Origin: Treponemataceae bacterium
GTDB taxonomy: Bacteria > Spirochaetota > Spirochaetia > Treponematales > Rectinemataceae
Assembly: GCA_963678065.2 (NCBI GenBank)
Contig: CAXXVZ010000005.1
Location: 1 to 64,000, forward strand
Reading direction: 5' to 3'
DNA: 64,000 bases
Numbering within the stretch: the first letter of the stretch is position 1; every line of letters starts with the position of its first letter. This document shows positions 46,528-56,510 of the stretch, in pieces. Below the pieces are notes generated by a model. That model saw only the letters and a list, made by a program, of their open reading frames with translations. It was not told where the DNA came from and searched no databases. The translations under genes and the position numbers were made by a program.

Positions 46528-47923
46528 CTATCGCGTAGAGTATTTTCTTCTCGTCGATGTCGTCGCCTTCAAGTTCGCCGATCTTTTTTTGTCGCGGAGG
46601 ATGGCGACCCTGGACGAGGAGGCGATGATCTCATCGAGTTCCGAAGAGATGAAAAGAATGGACATGCCGCCGGAGCTGAGTTTCCGGATGAGAGATTTTA
46701 TTTCGCCCTTCGCGCCGACATCGATGCCGCGGGTTGGCTCATCAAGAATCAGAAATTTCGGCCCGGTGGCGAGCCGGCGGGCGAGAATGGCTTTCTGCTG
46801 GTTGCCCCCTGATAGTGTCCTGATGGGCCGCGAAGTGTCGTCCACTTTTATGTCGAGAAGCCGCACATACCGGTCGGCAATCTCTTCCTGTTTTTTCCGG
46901 CTCAAACTACGGAAGATGCCGTTGCGGGCCTGGAGCGCGAGGATGATGTTTTCCCTCACCGAGAGGTCCTCGATTATTCCTTCGGCCTTACAGTCCTCGG
47001 GACAAGCCCATGCCCGCCGCGACGGCGTCGATCGAAGGGGCTCATGTAGCCCTTACGCCCGAGCCCGCGGACGGAGAGCACTTCGGGATTTTCCCGCGCC
47101 GCGCCGGAGCGCTCCTGCCGGTCGGAGGGCGGTTTATCGCTCACATATTCCCTGCCTATCATCCGCGAAATGAACGAACCCCGGAGCAGAGCTCCGAGGT
47201 ATCGTTCGTTCTGTAAGGAATGGATTGTATGCGGGTCCATACCCGATAGGCGCCTCACAAGAAAAGCGAAGCAGAGCTTCGGGGTATGGACCCGCCTGCG
47301 AATCAACTCCAGTTTCGGCAGATCGCGCGCGTCCCAGTCTCCGACGCGCTCGCCGTTTTTGAGCACGGTGATCCGGTCGGAAATCGCGTACACCTGGTCG
47401 ATGAAGTGCGTGATGAAAAGTATGCCGAGGCCCTGCGCCTTCAGCTTCCTGATGACGCCGAATAACTGTTCCGATTCCTTTTCGTCAAGACTCGATGTCG
47501 GCTCGTCGAGAATGAGAATCTCCGATTCGATATCGAGAGCGCGTCCGATGGCGACCATCTGCTGGACCGCGATGGGGTAGGACGACAGAAGGCGGGTCAC
47601 ATCGATCTTTAATCCGAGCTTCTCGCCGAGGACCCGCTTTGCCTCCTCATTGACGCGCTTCCAGTCGATCCCGAGGCCCCGCCTCGGCTCCCTCCCGATC
47701 AGCACGTTTTCCGCGACAGTGAGGTTGGGGCAGAGATTCACTTCCTGGTATTCTGGCCCATCAATGCGTGGACCTCTCCCCGGAACATGCGGAAATCCAC
47801 CCCCGACAGGGCTTTCACTCCGGGGAAACTGATGGTTATGTTCGCCATCTCGAGCACAGGAGGTACGGTGCCGGAAAAATCCGCGTCGGGAAGCTTCGCG
47901 TCGGGCATGGGCTTTCTCCTCAT
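46528..47923 (-). pseudogene. YtfR/RbsA-like sugar ABC ATPase, fragmented and carrying element copy 2
   Basis: Pieces lie in separate frames: [15 protein letters not shown] (Walker A lost), YQEVNL..DEPTSSL..ITHF, and LSGGNQQK..DEPTRGIDVGAK. Confidence 0.85.
47170..47301 (-). mobile_element. 132-bp palindromic element, copy 2
   Basis: 126/132 identical to 1048-1179. Removing it restores ELISRMIG. Preceded by TTGAT on the minus strand. Confidence 0.88.
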
Positions 47924-47983
47924 GAATCGACGGACGGCGCGGAAACCGCGCCGTCCGTCCTCGTCCGTGAAAGAGCTGCGCGA

Positions 47984-48560
47984 TCAGTATTTTCTGGTCG
48001 GATAGATCAGGGAAGCGAGTTCGGCGGGATAGAGGAACTCGTTGGTGACGATGCGCTTGACGAGGGGCTTCTTGGCCACGAGGTCTTTCACCGCCGCCAT
48101 GAGCTGCGGTCCGAGGAGCGGGGAGCACTCCACGCTGCAGTTGAGCTTGCCGGCCATCATGGCCTCGAAGGCGCCCTTCACCGCGTCGATGGACACGATG
48201 ACGATGTCCTTTCCCGGTTTGAGCCCGAATCCCTCGATAGCCTGGATGGCGCCGATGGCCATGTCGTCGTTGTGCGCAAAGAGTACGTCGATGTTCTTGC
48301 CGTCGGCCTTAAGGAAGGCCTCCATGACTTCCTTGCCCTTCACGCGGGTGAAGTCTCCGGTCTGGGAGCGGATGATTTTGTAACTCGGGAACTGTGTCAG
48401 CATCGAGGCGAAGCCGGTCTGGCGATCGATGGCCGGAGCCGAGCCGACTGTGCCCTGGAGCTCGACAATGTTCACCGGCTGGTTGGTGTGCATGTAGCCG
48501 ATCAGCCAGGTGGCGGCGCGCTCGCCTTCTTTCACGAAGTCGGAACCCATGAATGCGACT
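47984..48560 (-). pseudogene. C-terminal half of a YtfQ-like sugar-binding protein
   Basis: GSDF..EG, ELQGTVGS.PAIDR, SQTGDFTR, AHNDDMAIGA, VECSPLLGP. The N-terminal half and signal peptide are absent. Confidence 0.8.
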
Positions 48561-48784
48561 CCATTTCGAGGACGTGGAATTCGATATTGAGACTCACCTG
48601 ACCTATCATCCGGATAGTGTGGTCGGTGGTCTCGCGCTCGATCGAACGCGCATACATCGCGGGACCGATGACGCCGAGCGTGATCAGCGGCAAAAAAAAC
48701 CAGGAGCAGAGAATAGAACATCAGCTTGAGCCTGATGCTGAGGGATGATCTCGGACGACCGGACGACCTTGTTTTTTCGGCCAT
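48561..48784 (-). pseudogene. N-terminal remnant of a membrane sensor (probably a Cache-type histidine kinase)
   Basis: SIRLKLMFYSLLLVFF transmembrane start. After a frameshift at the T8 run it continues ITLGVIGPAMYARSIERETTDHTIRMIGQVSLNIE and is then truncated. Confidence 0.55.
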
Positions 48785-48871
48785 CAGTCGCCGCCTTCGC
48801 GCCTCGTGCCGAAGCGGGTGAACATCCCGAGCCGCGTTTCCGGGCAGAACAGAGGCTTCACCGGGTCGCCT

Positions 48872-50515
48872 TCAGAGCCTCAGCCCCGAGGCCTTTTCAA
48901 AGGCCTCGCGCAACCGGACCAGATAAGCTCCGGGCGAGCGAAGAGCGCGCACGGCAGCCTCCTCGGGATACGCCGTGATTCCGGGCCGGGCTGCCGCGGT
49001 GCGCGCAGACCGCGCGACCTCTTCGCGCAGTGATTCGGGAACAAGGGCGCAGGCGGCGGCTACGGCGGCTCCGGCGGCGGCTCCAGCCTCTCCGATCGGG
49101 GTCGCGGGGACGCCCCAGAAATTTGCGATGCGCCCGACAAGACCCCTGCTTGCCGCAGCGCCGCCGGTGACTGCTATCGACGAAACATCGCCTGCGAAGG
49201 CGCGCGAGGCGAGGACCATGAGCCCGAGACTCGAGTCGACGGCTCCCGCATAATCGGCGTTGAAATCGCCGCTGGCCCCGATATCGATGACTCCCGATGC
49301 CGGAAAGCTCTCGGTCTCCGGCTGGAAAATGCGGATTTTGGAGCCAGGCCCGCCGCCCGCCGGCTCGCAGGCCAGCGCTCTCTCCGCCGCCGCAAAATCG
49401 TCGGCGGCGAAGCCGCCTGCCACCCGCAACGCCTCCCAGGCGAGAGATCCATTGGTTCTGCAGCCGAACATGAACGGGCGTCCGAGTCCGTCGTACATGG
49501 CGTTGGCCGCAGGCTGGGGACTGTGCCCCTCCGTCATGAGGACGAAGCTCGTGCCGAGCGAGATGAGGGCTCCTTCCGCGAGGACCTTGCTCTGGGGATT
49601 GTCGCCCGAGCCCGCGACGATGGCGCATCCCTCCGGAAAGCCGTAGCGCTCGCGGAAATACGCCGCTGCCCGGCCGACGATCGCGAGGGGATGGGCGAGC
49701 GGAGGCAGCTTCGCGAGGAGGCCGGCGCGCCCGCCTTCCAGGCCTTCACTGACCGCGTCGACGAGGGCGGCATCCCAGACCCGCTTCTTCCAGTTCATGA
49801 GGCTCATGCCCGAGCCGTTGCCCCAGTCTATGGGCGCGTCGGGATCGGCGGCCATGACGCCCGCGAGGAAAGATGAGATGAGGTGGGCTCTGGCCGTCAG
49901 CCTGTATGTACCGGGGTAGCGCTTCGCGATGTGGCGGAGGACTGTGCCCGAAAAACGCAAGGGCGAATCGGAGCCCGAGACGGCCGTGACAGCTTCGACG
50001 CCGCCGAGGGCCGCGCGGATCTCCTCCGCCTCCACGGCTGTCTGCGAACTCATCCAGATGGGGGCTCTGCCGGAGGCGAGTCCGGGTCCGACGAGGCCGC
50101 AGAGATCGCGCCCGGAAGAACCGCCGGTTCTGGTTCCGGCTCCGGCCATTGTTCCCGCGCCGGATTCGCCGAGAGCCCTGATCGCCCTCACTCCCTCAGC
50201 GGAGACGAGAATCTGTCCGTGCTGCTGGGCCGAGAAGTTGACTGCGGCGACGCGGGAGAGGATGCCGGGCCCGAGATCCGCGAAGAGAAGGTCGAGGGCC
50301 GCGAGAAAGACGCAGGCTGGCTGGTCGGCCTCTCCCGGCTCGCGGGGAGAGAGGATGGGGCTCGGGCCGCCGAGGCCGAAGCGCCCGAGGCGCGGATCGT
50401 CCCTGTACCGGATGCGGGCGCTCCCCGCGTTCGAGTAATCCTCCGTCGAGAGCGCGACTGCGGTCATGCTCTGGGTGCTCGCGTCGATGCCCAGCACCAG
50501 ATCCGGTTTCTCCAT
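48872..50515 (-). CDS. FGGY-family kinase, probable xylulokinase
   Basis: LGIDASTQS, SAQQHG, PIWM, GDNP, ISLGTS, VTGG. Directly downstream of xylA. Start MEKPD at 50515. Confidence 0.82.
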   Translation of the reverse strand: MEKPDLVLGIDASTQSMTAVALSTEDYSNAGSARIRYRDDPRLGRFGLGGPSPILSPREPGEADQPACVFLAALDLLFADLGPGILSRVAAVNFSAQQHGQILVSAEGVRAIRALGESGAGTMAGAGTRTGGSSGRDLCGLVGPGLASGRAPIWMSSQTAVEAEEIRAALGGVEAVTAVSGSDSPLRFSGTVLRHIAKRYPGTYRLTARAHLISSFLAGVMAADPDAPIDWGNGSGMSLMNWKKRVWDAALVDAVSEGLEGGRAGLLAKLPPLAHPLAIVGRAAAYFRERYGFPEGCAIVAGSGDNPQSKVLAEGALISLGTSFVLMTEGHSPQPAANAMYDGLGRPFMFGCRTNGSLAWEALRVAGGFAADDFAAAERALACEPAGGGPGSKIRIFQPETESFPASGVIDIGASGDFNADYAGAVDSSLGLMVLASRAFAGDVSSIAVTGGAAASRGLVGRIANFWGVPATPIGEAGAAAGAAVAAACALVPESLREEVARSARTAAARPGITAYPEEAAVRALRSPGAYLVRLREAFEKASGLRL

Positions 50516-50656
50516 CCTGTCCTCCACGGTCAATTCATGAAATGTGCCGCCGCGACAGTCCATGTCCCGGAGAACCGGGAAGGTTCGCGGCGGCGGCATG
50601 CGTACCGGGCATTCGCCTTCCGGGGTCCGACATTGCCGGGCCCCAGGATCTTTCGA

Positions 50657-51967
50657 TCAGATATACTCGTTGATGAGGGCTTCGAGCCACTCCTGGCGTC
50701 CCGAAGCGAGGGTGATTTCGCCTGAGTCGAGCGCCAGCGCCTCGAGACTGCGGAAGCTTTCCTTCCCGGCGATGATAGAGGCGCCGAGCCCCGTCTTCCA
50801 GGATGCGTAGCGGCCGGAGAGGAAGGCGGCGAGTTTGCCGTCCTCGATGATTCTCGAGGCAGTCTCGAGCCCGCGGGCGAAGCTGTCCATGCCCGCGACG
50901 TGCACAACCGCGAGGTCTTCGGGAGTGTGGCTGCCGCGGCGCGCCTTCGCGTCGAAGTTGAGTCCGCCCGATCCGAGTCCGCCGTTCATGAGAATCTCGT
51001 ACATGATGAGAGTCGTCGTGTAGAGGTTCGTGGGGAACTGATCGGTGTCCCAGCCGAGGAGCTCGTCGCCCTGGTTCGCGTCGACGGAGCCGAGGATGCC
51101 CTGCTCGCGGGCGAAGCGCAGCTCGTGCTGCATGGTGTGACCGGCGAGGGTGGCGTGGTTCGTCTCTATGTTGAGCTTGAATTTGTCGAGTAAGCCCTGC
51201 GAGGCGAGGAAGGCGTAGCATGCGCCGGCATCCGAGTCGTACTGGTGCTTTGTGGGCTCCTTGGGCTTGGGCTCGATGAGGAACTGGCCGGTGAAACCGA
51301 TCTCTTTCGCGTAGTCGACGGCCATGTGCATGAAGCGGCCCATGTTGTCCAGCTCGAACTTCATCTCGGTGTTGAGCAGGGTCTCGTAGCCCTCGCGTCC
51401 GCCCCAGAAGACGTAGTTCTTTCCGCCGAGTTCCATCGTGATCTCGAGGGCCTTCTTGACCTGGGCCGCGGCGTACGCGAAGACTTTCGCCTCGGGGCTG
51501 GTGGAGGCGCCGTGCATGAATCGGGGGTTGGCGAAGAGGTTGGCCGTGCCCCAGAGGACGCGGGTCGGGCTCGTCGCCATGAGGTCTTTCGCCAGGGCGA
51601 CGATCTCGTCGAGCTTTTTATTGGTCTCGCGGAGGGTGTCGCCCTCGGGGGCGATGTCGCGGTCGTGGAAGCACATGAAAGGAATGCCGAGCTTCTCGGT
51701 CAGCTCGAAGGCGCCGCGCATGCGCATGCGGGCGACTTCCATCGGATCGGCGACGCCGTTCCAGGGACGCAACATCGTGGCGTTCCCGAAGGGATCGGAG
51801 CCGGAGCCTGTCATGGAGTGCCAGAACGCGAGGGAGAAACGCAGGTGTTCGGCCATGGTCTTGCCGCCGATCTTCCTCTTCGCATCGTAGCGTTTGAAGG
51901 CGAGCGGATTATCGGAACCCGGTCCCTCGTAGGGAATCACCGGAACGGTCGGAAAAAGCTGTGACAT
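50657..51967 (-). CDS. xylA: Xylose isomerase (class II)
   Basis: [54 protein letters not shown]. Confidence 0.97.
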   Translation of the reverse strand: MSQLFPTVPVIPYEGPGSDNPLAFKRYDAKRKIGGKTMAEHLRFSLAFWHSMTGSGSDPFGNATMLRPWNGVADPMEVARMRMRGAFELTEKLGIPFMCFHDRDIAPEGDTLRETNKKLDEIVALAKDLMATSPTRVLWGTANLFANPRFMHGASTSPEAKVFAYAAAQVKKALEITMELGGKNYVFWGGREGYETLLNTEMKFELDNMGRFMHMAVDYAKEIGFTGQFLIEPKPKEPTKHQYDSDAGACYAFLASQGLLDKFKLNIETNHATLAGHTMQHELRFAREQGILGSVDANQGDELLGWDTDQFPTNLYTTTLIMYEILMNGGLGSGGLNFDAKARRGSHTPEDLAVVHVAGMDSFARGLETASRIIEDGKLAAFLSGRYASWKTGLGASIIAGKESFRSLEALALDSGEITLASGRQEWLEALINEYI

Positions 51968-52116
51968 AAAGACCTCCTGTCAGTCTGAAGGCGAGGTCGG
52001 GAAAACCCATGAAACGAATCCTGTCCGCCTTGCCGAGTTTAATTATAACCGCATGGTCGGAACTTGGAATGGCGCGCTTTGACTTTCTATATCTTTTATT
52101 GATATCATCCTTCGTC

Positions 52117-52926
52117 ATGCGCCTCGATGACATCGTTTTCGTCTACCACCTCGAAGACGAGGGCCTCATCAGCTGGCACGGACGCCTCCACAGCCACCCG
52201 CCGGGCAAATACGAGTTCCACTATTTCATTTCGGGAGAAGGCGCCTTCCGCAACGGAAACGCCCGTTTCGGACTGAATCCCGGCGACCTTTTCCTCACGC
52301 GTCCCGAGCTTGCGCACCAGATAATCCCCGCCGGAAAACGCCGACCGATCACCTATTACGCCCTTCTTTTCGACACCGAGGGAGACAGCGAGACGGAAGC
52401 CCTTCTGGAAGGCGGCACCGAAAGCCCGCGCCACATCGGCATGTCCCACCGCTTCTTCTTCGCCGACCTCCTCGAGAAACACTTTTCCGGTGTGGACAGG
52501 CTCGCCACCGCCGCGCGGCACCAGTTCACTGCCTTCCTGTACTCCCTGGAAGGCGGGCTGCCCTCGGGTTCCTCGAGCGCCGACAACGTGCACGTGGAGA
52601 AGGCCCTGGCCATCATGCACGGATCGATCGAAAAGGCATGCGATCTCGCCGCGATCTGTTCGCGCCTCGGCATCGGCCGCGAGCATTTCGTGCGGCTCTT
52701 CGGCGAGAGGATGGGACTTCCGCCCATGAAATACTACGGCCGCCTCAAAATCGAGGCCGCGCGCGCCATGCTCGCAAGCACGAACCTCAGGATCGGGGAA
52801 ATCTCGGACAAGCTCGGTTTCGACAATCAGTTCAACTTCAGCCGCGCCTTCAAGCGCGAGTCGGGCCTCTCTCCTTCCGGGTACCGCGCCCGCTGCCTCC
52901 AGAAAGAGGATTTCCGCATCCACTGA
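52117..52926 (+). CDS. AraC-family regulator divergent from xylA
   Basis: Cupin H.H...EFHYF plus C-terminal LGFDNQFNFSRAFK..GLSP..YR. Start MRLDD at 52117. Confidence 0.9.
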   Translation: MRLDDIVFVYHLEDEGLISWHGRLHSHPPGKYEFHYFISGEGAFRNGNARFGLNPGDLFLTRPELAHQIIPAGKRRPITYYALLFDTEGDSETEALLEGGTESPRHIGMSHRFFFADLLEKHFSGVDRLATAARHQFTAFLYSLEGGLPSGSSSADNVHVEKALAIMHGSIEKACDLAAICSRLGIGREHFVRLFGERMGLPPMKYYGRLKIEAARAMLASTNLRIGEISDKLGFDNQFNFSRAFKRESGLSPSGYRARCLQKEDFRIH

Positions 52927-53058
52927 AAAAGCGACAGCCTCCCGTCTTTTTTTCACGTTTCCTTCAATCGCCGCCGCCCTCTGTGTGCGTATCCATAGGG
53001 CACGGGTCAGGGGAGACCGCGGCTCCTCCCCGGAAACCCGCGTTCATGGAGGAAAACG

Positions 53059-53478
53059 ATGAACTCTCTCAACAGCATTTTACTCGAAGGCAATCTCGTA
53101 AAGGACCCCGCGAACAAGACACTCCCCTCGGGCATACAGGTCTGCAACTTCGAACTCGCGACGAACAGATCCTACAAGCAGAACGACGTCTTCGAGAAAG
53201 AAGTATCCTACTTCGACGTCGAGGCCTGGTCACGCCTCGGCGCGAGCTGCGCGCAGAACCTCACGAAGGGCCGAGGGGTGCGGGTTGTGGGTCGGCTGAA
53301 ACAGGACAGGTGGCTGGACCCCGAAGGGAAAAATCGGTCAAGGATAAAAATCGTGGCCGAACATGTCGAGTTCAAGCCGCAGAAAATGCAGGCTCCCGCC
53401 GTCTCGGATTTCGGGACGGAGGAAGCCGGATTCAACGTGGGACCGGGCGCCGGAGAGGAATCCGAGATTGTGTTCTGA
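53059..53478 (+). CDS. ssb: Single-stranded DNA-binding protein
   Basis: NSILLEGNLVKDP, KGRGVRVVGRLKQDRW, acidic tail ending in F. GGAGG RBS. Confidence 0.95.
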   Translation: MNSLNSILLEGNLVKDPANKTLPSGIQVCNFELATNRSYKQNDVFEKEVSYFDVEAWSRLGASCAQNLTKGRGVRVVGRLKQDRWLDPEGKNRSRIKIVAEHVEFKPQKMQAPAVSDFGTEEAGFNVGPGAGEESEIVF

Positions 53479-53553
53479 GGGAATGTACCTGCGCGGCCGG
53501 AGCAGCGGGCGGAAAAGGCCCTTCTCCGGAAGGAGAAAGATCCGGCCGCCGCT

Positions 53554-54330
53554 TTAGCGCGCGGGAATCACCTTGGTGACGAGGGCCGCGCTCGACAGGG
53601 CCTCGGTGGCCTCGGCCGCGGCGTTGGAGAGTATGCGTATGAAGCGGTCCCGGGCGACGGGATCCTTCATGCGCGCGGTGGGGCCCGAGACGCTGATCGC
53701 TCCCGCGAAATCGGAGCCGGGGAGTCTGAGAGGCATGGCGATGCAGGTCAGGCCGATCTCGTACTCCTCGCGGTCTATGCCGTAGCCCATCTCTTTGGCG
53801 CGGAGACTTTCACGGTAGACCTCGTCCGGATCGGTGATCGTCATCTCGTTTATGCGGGGGAGAGGTCCGGGACCGAGGATGGACTTGACCCTGTCCTCTG
53901 GCAGGAGGGAGAGGATGGCCTTGCCGACGCCGGTGCAGTACAGGGGGAGCCTGTCTCCGGGGGCCACGCGCATGCGCAGGCTCCTGTCGGCCTCGACTCT
54001 GTCCAGATAAATGGCGCTCGAGCCGGCGAGACAGGCGAGATTGGCGGATTCGCCGGATTCACGCGAGAGTCGCTCGAGGATGGGACGGATGCGGTCCACG
54101 ACGATGTTGCGGATGGGAACTTGATTTCCGAGCTCGAAGAGGGCGAGCCCGAGGGACCATCCGCCATTTCGCCGTTCCGCTACACCCCTGGACTCAAGGG
54201 CCCCAAGGTAGCGCAAAGCCGTGGCCTTGTTCATGCCGGTTTCGCGCGAGAGCCGCGCGAGAGTGACATCCCCGCCTGATCGTGCCAGATAAAAGAGGAT
54301 ATCCAGGGCTTTGGCTGCAGATTCACTCAT
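53554..54330 (-). CDS. IclR-family regulator
   Basis: KALDIL, HTH, PLYCTGVGKA, DREEYEIG..CIA, ISVSGP. Confidence 0.92.
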   Translation of the reverse strand: MSESAAKALDILFYLARSGGDVTLARLSRETGMNKATALRYLGALESRGVAERRNGGWSLGLALFELGNQVPIRNIVVDRIRPILERLSRESGESANLACLAGSSAIYLDRVEADRSLRMRVAPGDRLPLYCTGVGKAILSLLPEDRVKSILGPGPLPRINEMTITDPDEVYRESLRAKEMGYGIDREEYEIGLTCIAMPLRLPGSDFAGAISVSGPTARMKDPVARDRFIRILSNAAAEATEALSSAALVTKVIPAR

Positions 54331-54395
54331 GGCTCACCACCTTTGATCGGATGCCGAAAAAAAGGCTCCGGACGGTTTGATAAACAAAAGATCAT

Positions 54396-54408
54396 TTCGT
54401 TTAACGAA
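54396..54408. promoter_or_regulatory. Inverted repeat TTCGTT-T-AACGAA upstream of the IclR gene (possible operator)
   Basis: 6-bp perfect arms in an AT-rich upstream region. Confidence 0.35.
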
Positions 54409-54443
54409 CCATTTCGGGAGCCTAACACCCTGAGAGGGTGACG

Positions 54444-56510
54444 TCAAGTCGGTTTTTCTTCGGGAGACCAAAAACCTTCTTTCCAGTTGAATCTTTCCGT
54501 GTCGGGGAGGACGGCACCTTCGGCGGCGGCCTTCATGACATGGCGGTAGAGCCCCTTTCCGAGGTCGACGTGGGAGAAATCGAGGATGACCTTGCCCATG
54601 CCCTCTTTTTTCAGGAAGGGTATCCGGTCGACAAGGGAAAATGGCTTCATCGGCACGACGACGGAGTAGTCGCGGTTGCCGACGAGTTCATACGTGCCCC
54701 CGCCCCGATCGGTGAAGAACTTCGACGTGTAGACTTTGCTGAGGTCCTTGCGGATCCGGAAGAGGGGGGGATAGCTGAACACGACGGGCATGAACGCGGC
54801 GGCCGGCACGGTCTCCGCGATGCGCTGGAGATTCTGCTTGGATATCTCCAGGGGAGGAACAATGTAATTCGCCCCTTCCGAGATGAGGAAGGCCGCGGAC
54901 CAGCGGTTGAAGGCGTAGAGCCAGGGGCCGGCGATCACCGTGAGGCCCTTGCCGCGCACGAGGCTGAAGTGGCCGGGATTGTTGACGACGACGGTCTTGA
55001 TCCCGCGCCCGATCCAGTATGCGAGCTCGGGCTCGAGCCAGGCGGCATCGTCTTCGGGAAAATAAGGATCGAGCCAGAGCACGAGGGACTCCCGCTTGAA
55101 CGGAATGGTCTGCTCCTCGGCCCTGAGCTTCTCCGCATTTTTCCGGTCGAAGAGGATCATGGCCTTCTCGGGCCGCGCGGAGAGAATGGCGTGGAGGTCG
55201 CCGACTTTGCTCACGAGAACATACAGACCATCGGGGAGGGCCGTGAGGGACTGTCGCGTCATGGCGGGATAGTCGGGGCGCGGCGAAAGATCCCGGGAGG
55301 GGAATTTGTGGTACTTGGCGATTTCTTTGGGCAGGAGGGGCTTGTAGCGCCTCGACATGCCGGCAGTCTGGACGAGATAGATCGTATCGCTCTGGCGGAA
55401 CTCGCCATCGACGAGGAGGAGCATGCCGCTGGCGATGGGCTTCACCCCGCGAACCTTGGCCGTAATCCTTCCGGAATCGTCGCTGCGGTGGATGCGCACG
55501 GAATCGCCCTCGCCGATGCCGTCGAAGGAGTGCATGACAGCCCAGCGCGCTCCGGAGTCGTCGACATGGATGTCGCGCACCTGCCCTAAGGGGATGCCTG
55601 TCCCGCCGGGCTGGTCAGGATGGATGTACTCGGCCTTCTCCACTCCGGAAACCATGAAGCTGGTTTTGCGGCGGGCGAAATCCTTGCTGAGGATGGCGCG
55701 CGCCCTGAGGAGGGCGCGTTCCCTGTCGATGCGCCAGTTGTCCATCATGTACCGGTAGGCCGCCACGACGGTTCCGACATAGTCGGCGCTCTTCATGCGC
55801 CCTTCGATCTTGAAGGAATCGACTCCGGCCTCCATGAGGTCGGGAACCTGCTGGATGAGTTCGAGGTCGTCGGGCGAGAAGAAGTACCCGGACTTCTGGT
55901 CGGACTCGTAGAGGCGGCGGCAGGCCTGGGTGCACTGTCCGCGGTTCGCGCTCTTGCCGCCGAGATAGCCGGAGAAGAGACAGAGTCCCGAGGCGCTGAC
56001 ACAGAGAGCCCCGTGAACGAAGGTTTCCAGCTCGAGATTCGTGCTCTGCCTGATCGCCCTTATCTCGTCGAGGCTGAGTTCGCGCGCGAGGACGGCCCGC
56101 TTGAATCCGTGCCGGGAGAGATAGTTGACGCCGCGCGCCGAGGCGACGTTCATCTGGGTCGAGGCGTGCAGGGCGAGTTTGGGAAAGTTGTCGACAGCCA
56201 TTTTGACGACGCCGAGGTCCTGGACGATGATGCCGTCCGGACCGACGCGATCCAGGTACTGGAGAAGCTGCCACATCCTGTCGGCTTCTCTCTGTTCGAA
56301 AACGGTGTTGACGGTAACGTAGACTTTTTTGGACTGCCTCCTGCAGACGTCGACAGTGGCTTCGAACTGATTGAAAGCGAAATTGGAGGACCGCATGCGG
56401 GCGTTGAAGCTGCGCAGTCCGAGATAGACAGCGTCCGCTCCTTCGCCGATCGCGGCGTCGAGTGCTTCCGGGTTTCCCGCGGGAGCGAGTAGTTCAGTGG
56501 GTTTCACCAT
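54444..56510 (-). CDS. Peptidase U32-family Fe-S protein (RlhA/TrhP-like RNA hydroxylation factor)
   Basis: ELLAPAG, GADAVYLG, HASTQ, FVHGALC..SG.C, NRGQCTQACR, KIEGR. Confidence 0.88.
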   Translation of the reverse strand: MVKPTELLAPAGNPEALDAAIGEGADAVYLGLRSFNARMRSSNFAFNQFEATVDVCRRQSKKVYVTVNTVFEQREADRMWQLLQYLDRVGPDGIIVQDLGVVKMAVDNFPKLALHASTQMNVASARGVNYLSRHGFKRAVLARELSLDEIRAIRQSTNLELETFVHGALCVSASGLCLFSGYLGGKSANRGQCTQACRRLYESDQKSGYFFSPDDLELIQQVPDLMEAGVDSFKIEGRMKSADYVGTVVAAYRYMMDNWRIDRERALLRARAILSKDFARRKTSFMVSGVEKAEYIHPDQPGGTGIPLGQVRDIHVDDSGARWAVMHSFDGIGEGDSVRIHRSDDSGRITAKVRGVKPIASGMLLLVDGEFRQSDTIYLVQTAGMSRRYKPLLPKEIAKYHKFPSRDLSPRPDYPAMTRQSLTALPDGLYVLVSKVGDLHAILSARPEKAMILFDRKNAEKLRAEEQTIPFKRESLVLWLDPYFPEDDAAWLEPELAYWIGRGIKTVVVNNPGHFSLVRGKGLTVIAGPWLYAFNRWSAAFLISEGANYIVPPLEISKQNLQRIAETVPAAAFMPVVFSYPPLFRIRKDLSKVYTSKFFTDRGGGTYELVGNRDYSVVVPMKPFSLVDRIPFLKKEGMGKVILDFSHVDLGKGLYRHVMKAAAEGAVLPDTERFNWKEGFWSPEEKPT

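Noticed and set aside
47170..47580. ORF beginning MNEPRSRAPRY, with the same peptide recurring at 1048
   Set aside because: This is the repeat element read on the plus strand and running into antisense host sequence. There is no RBS or independent evidence for a gene.
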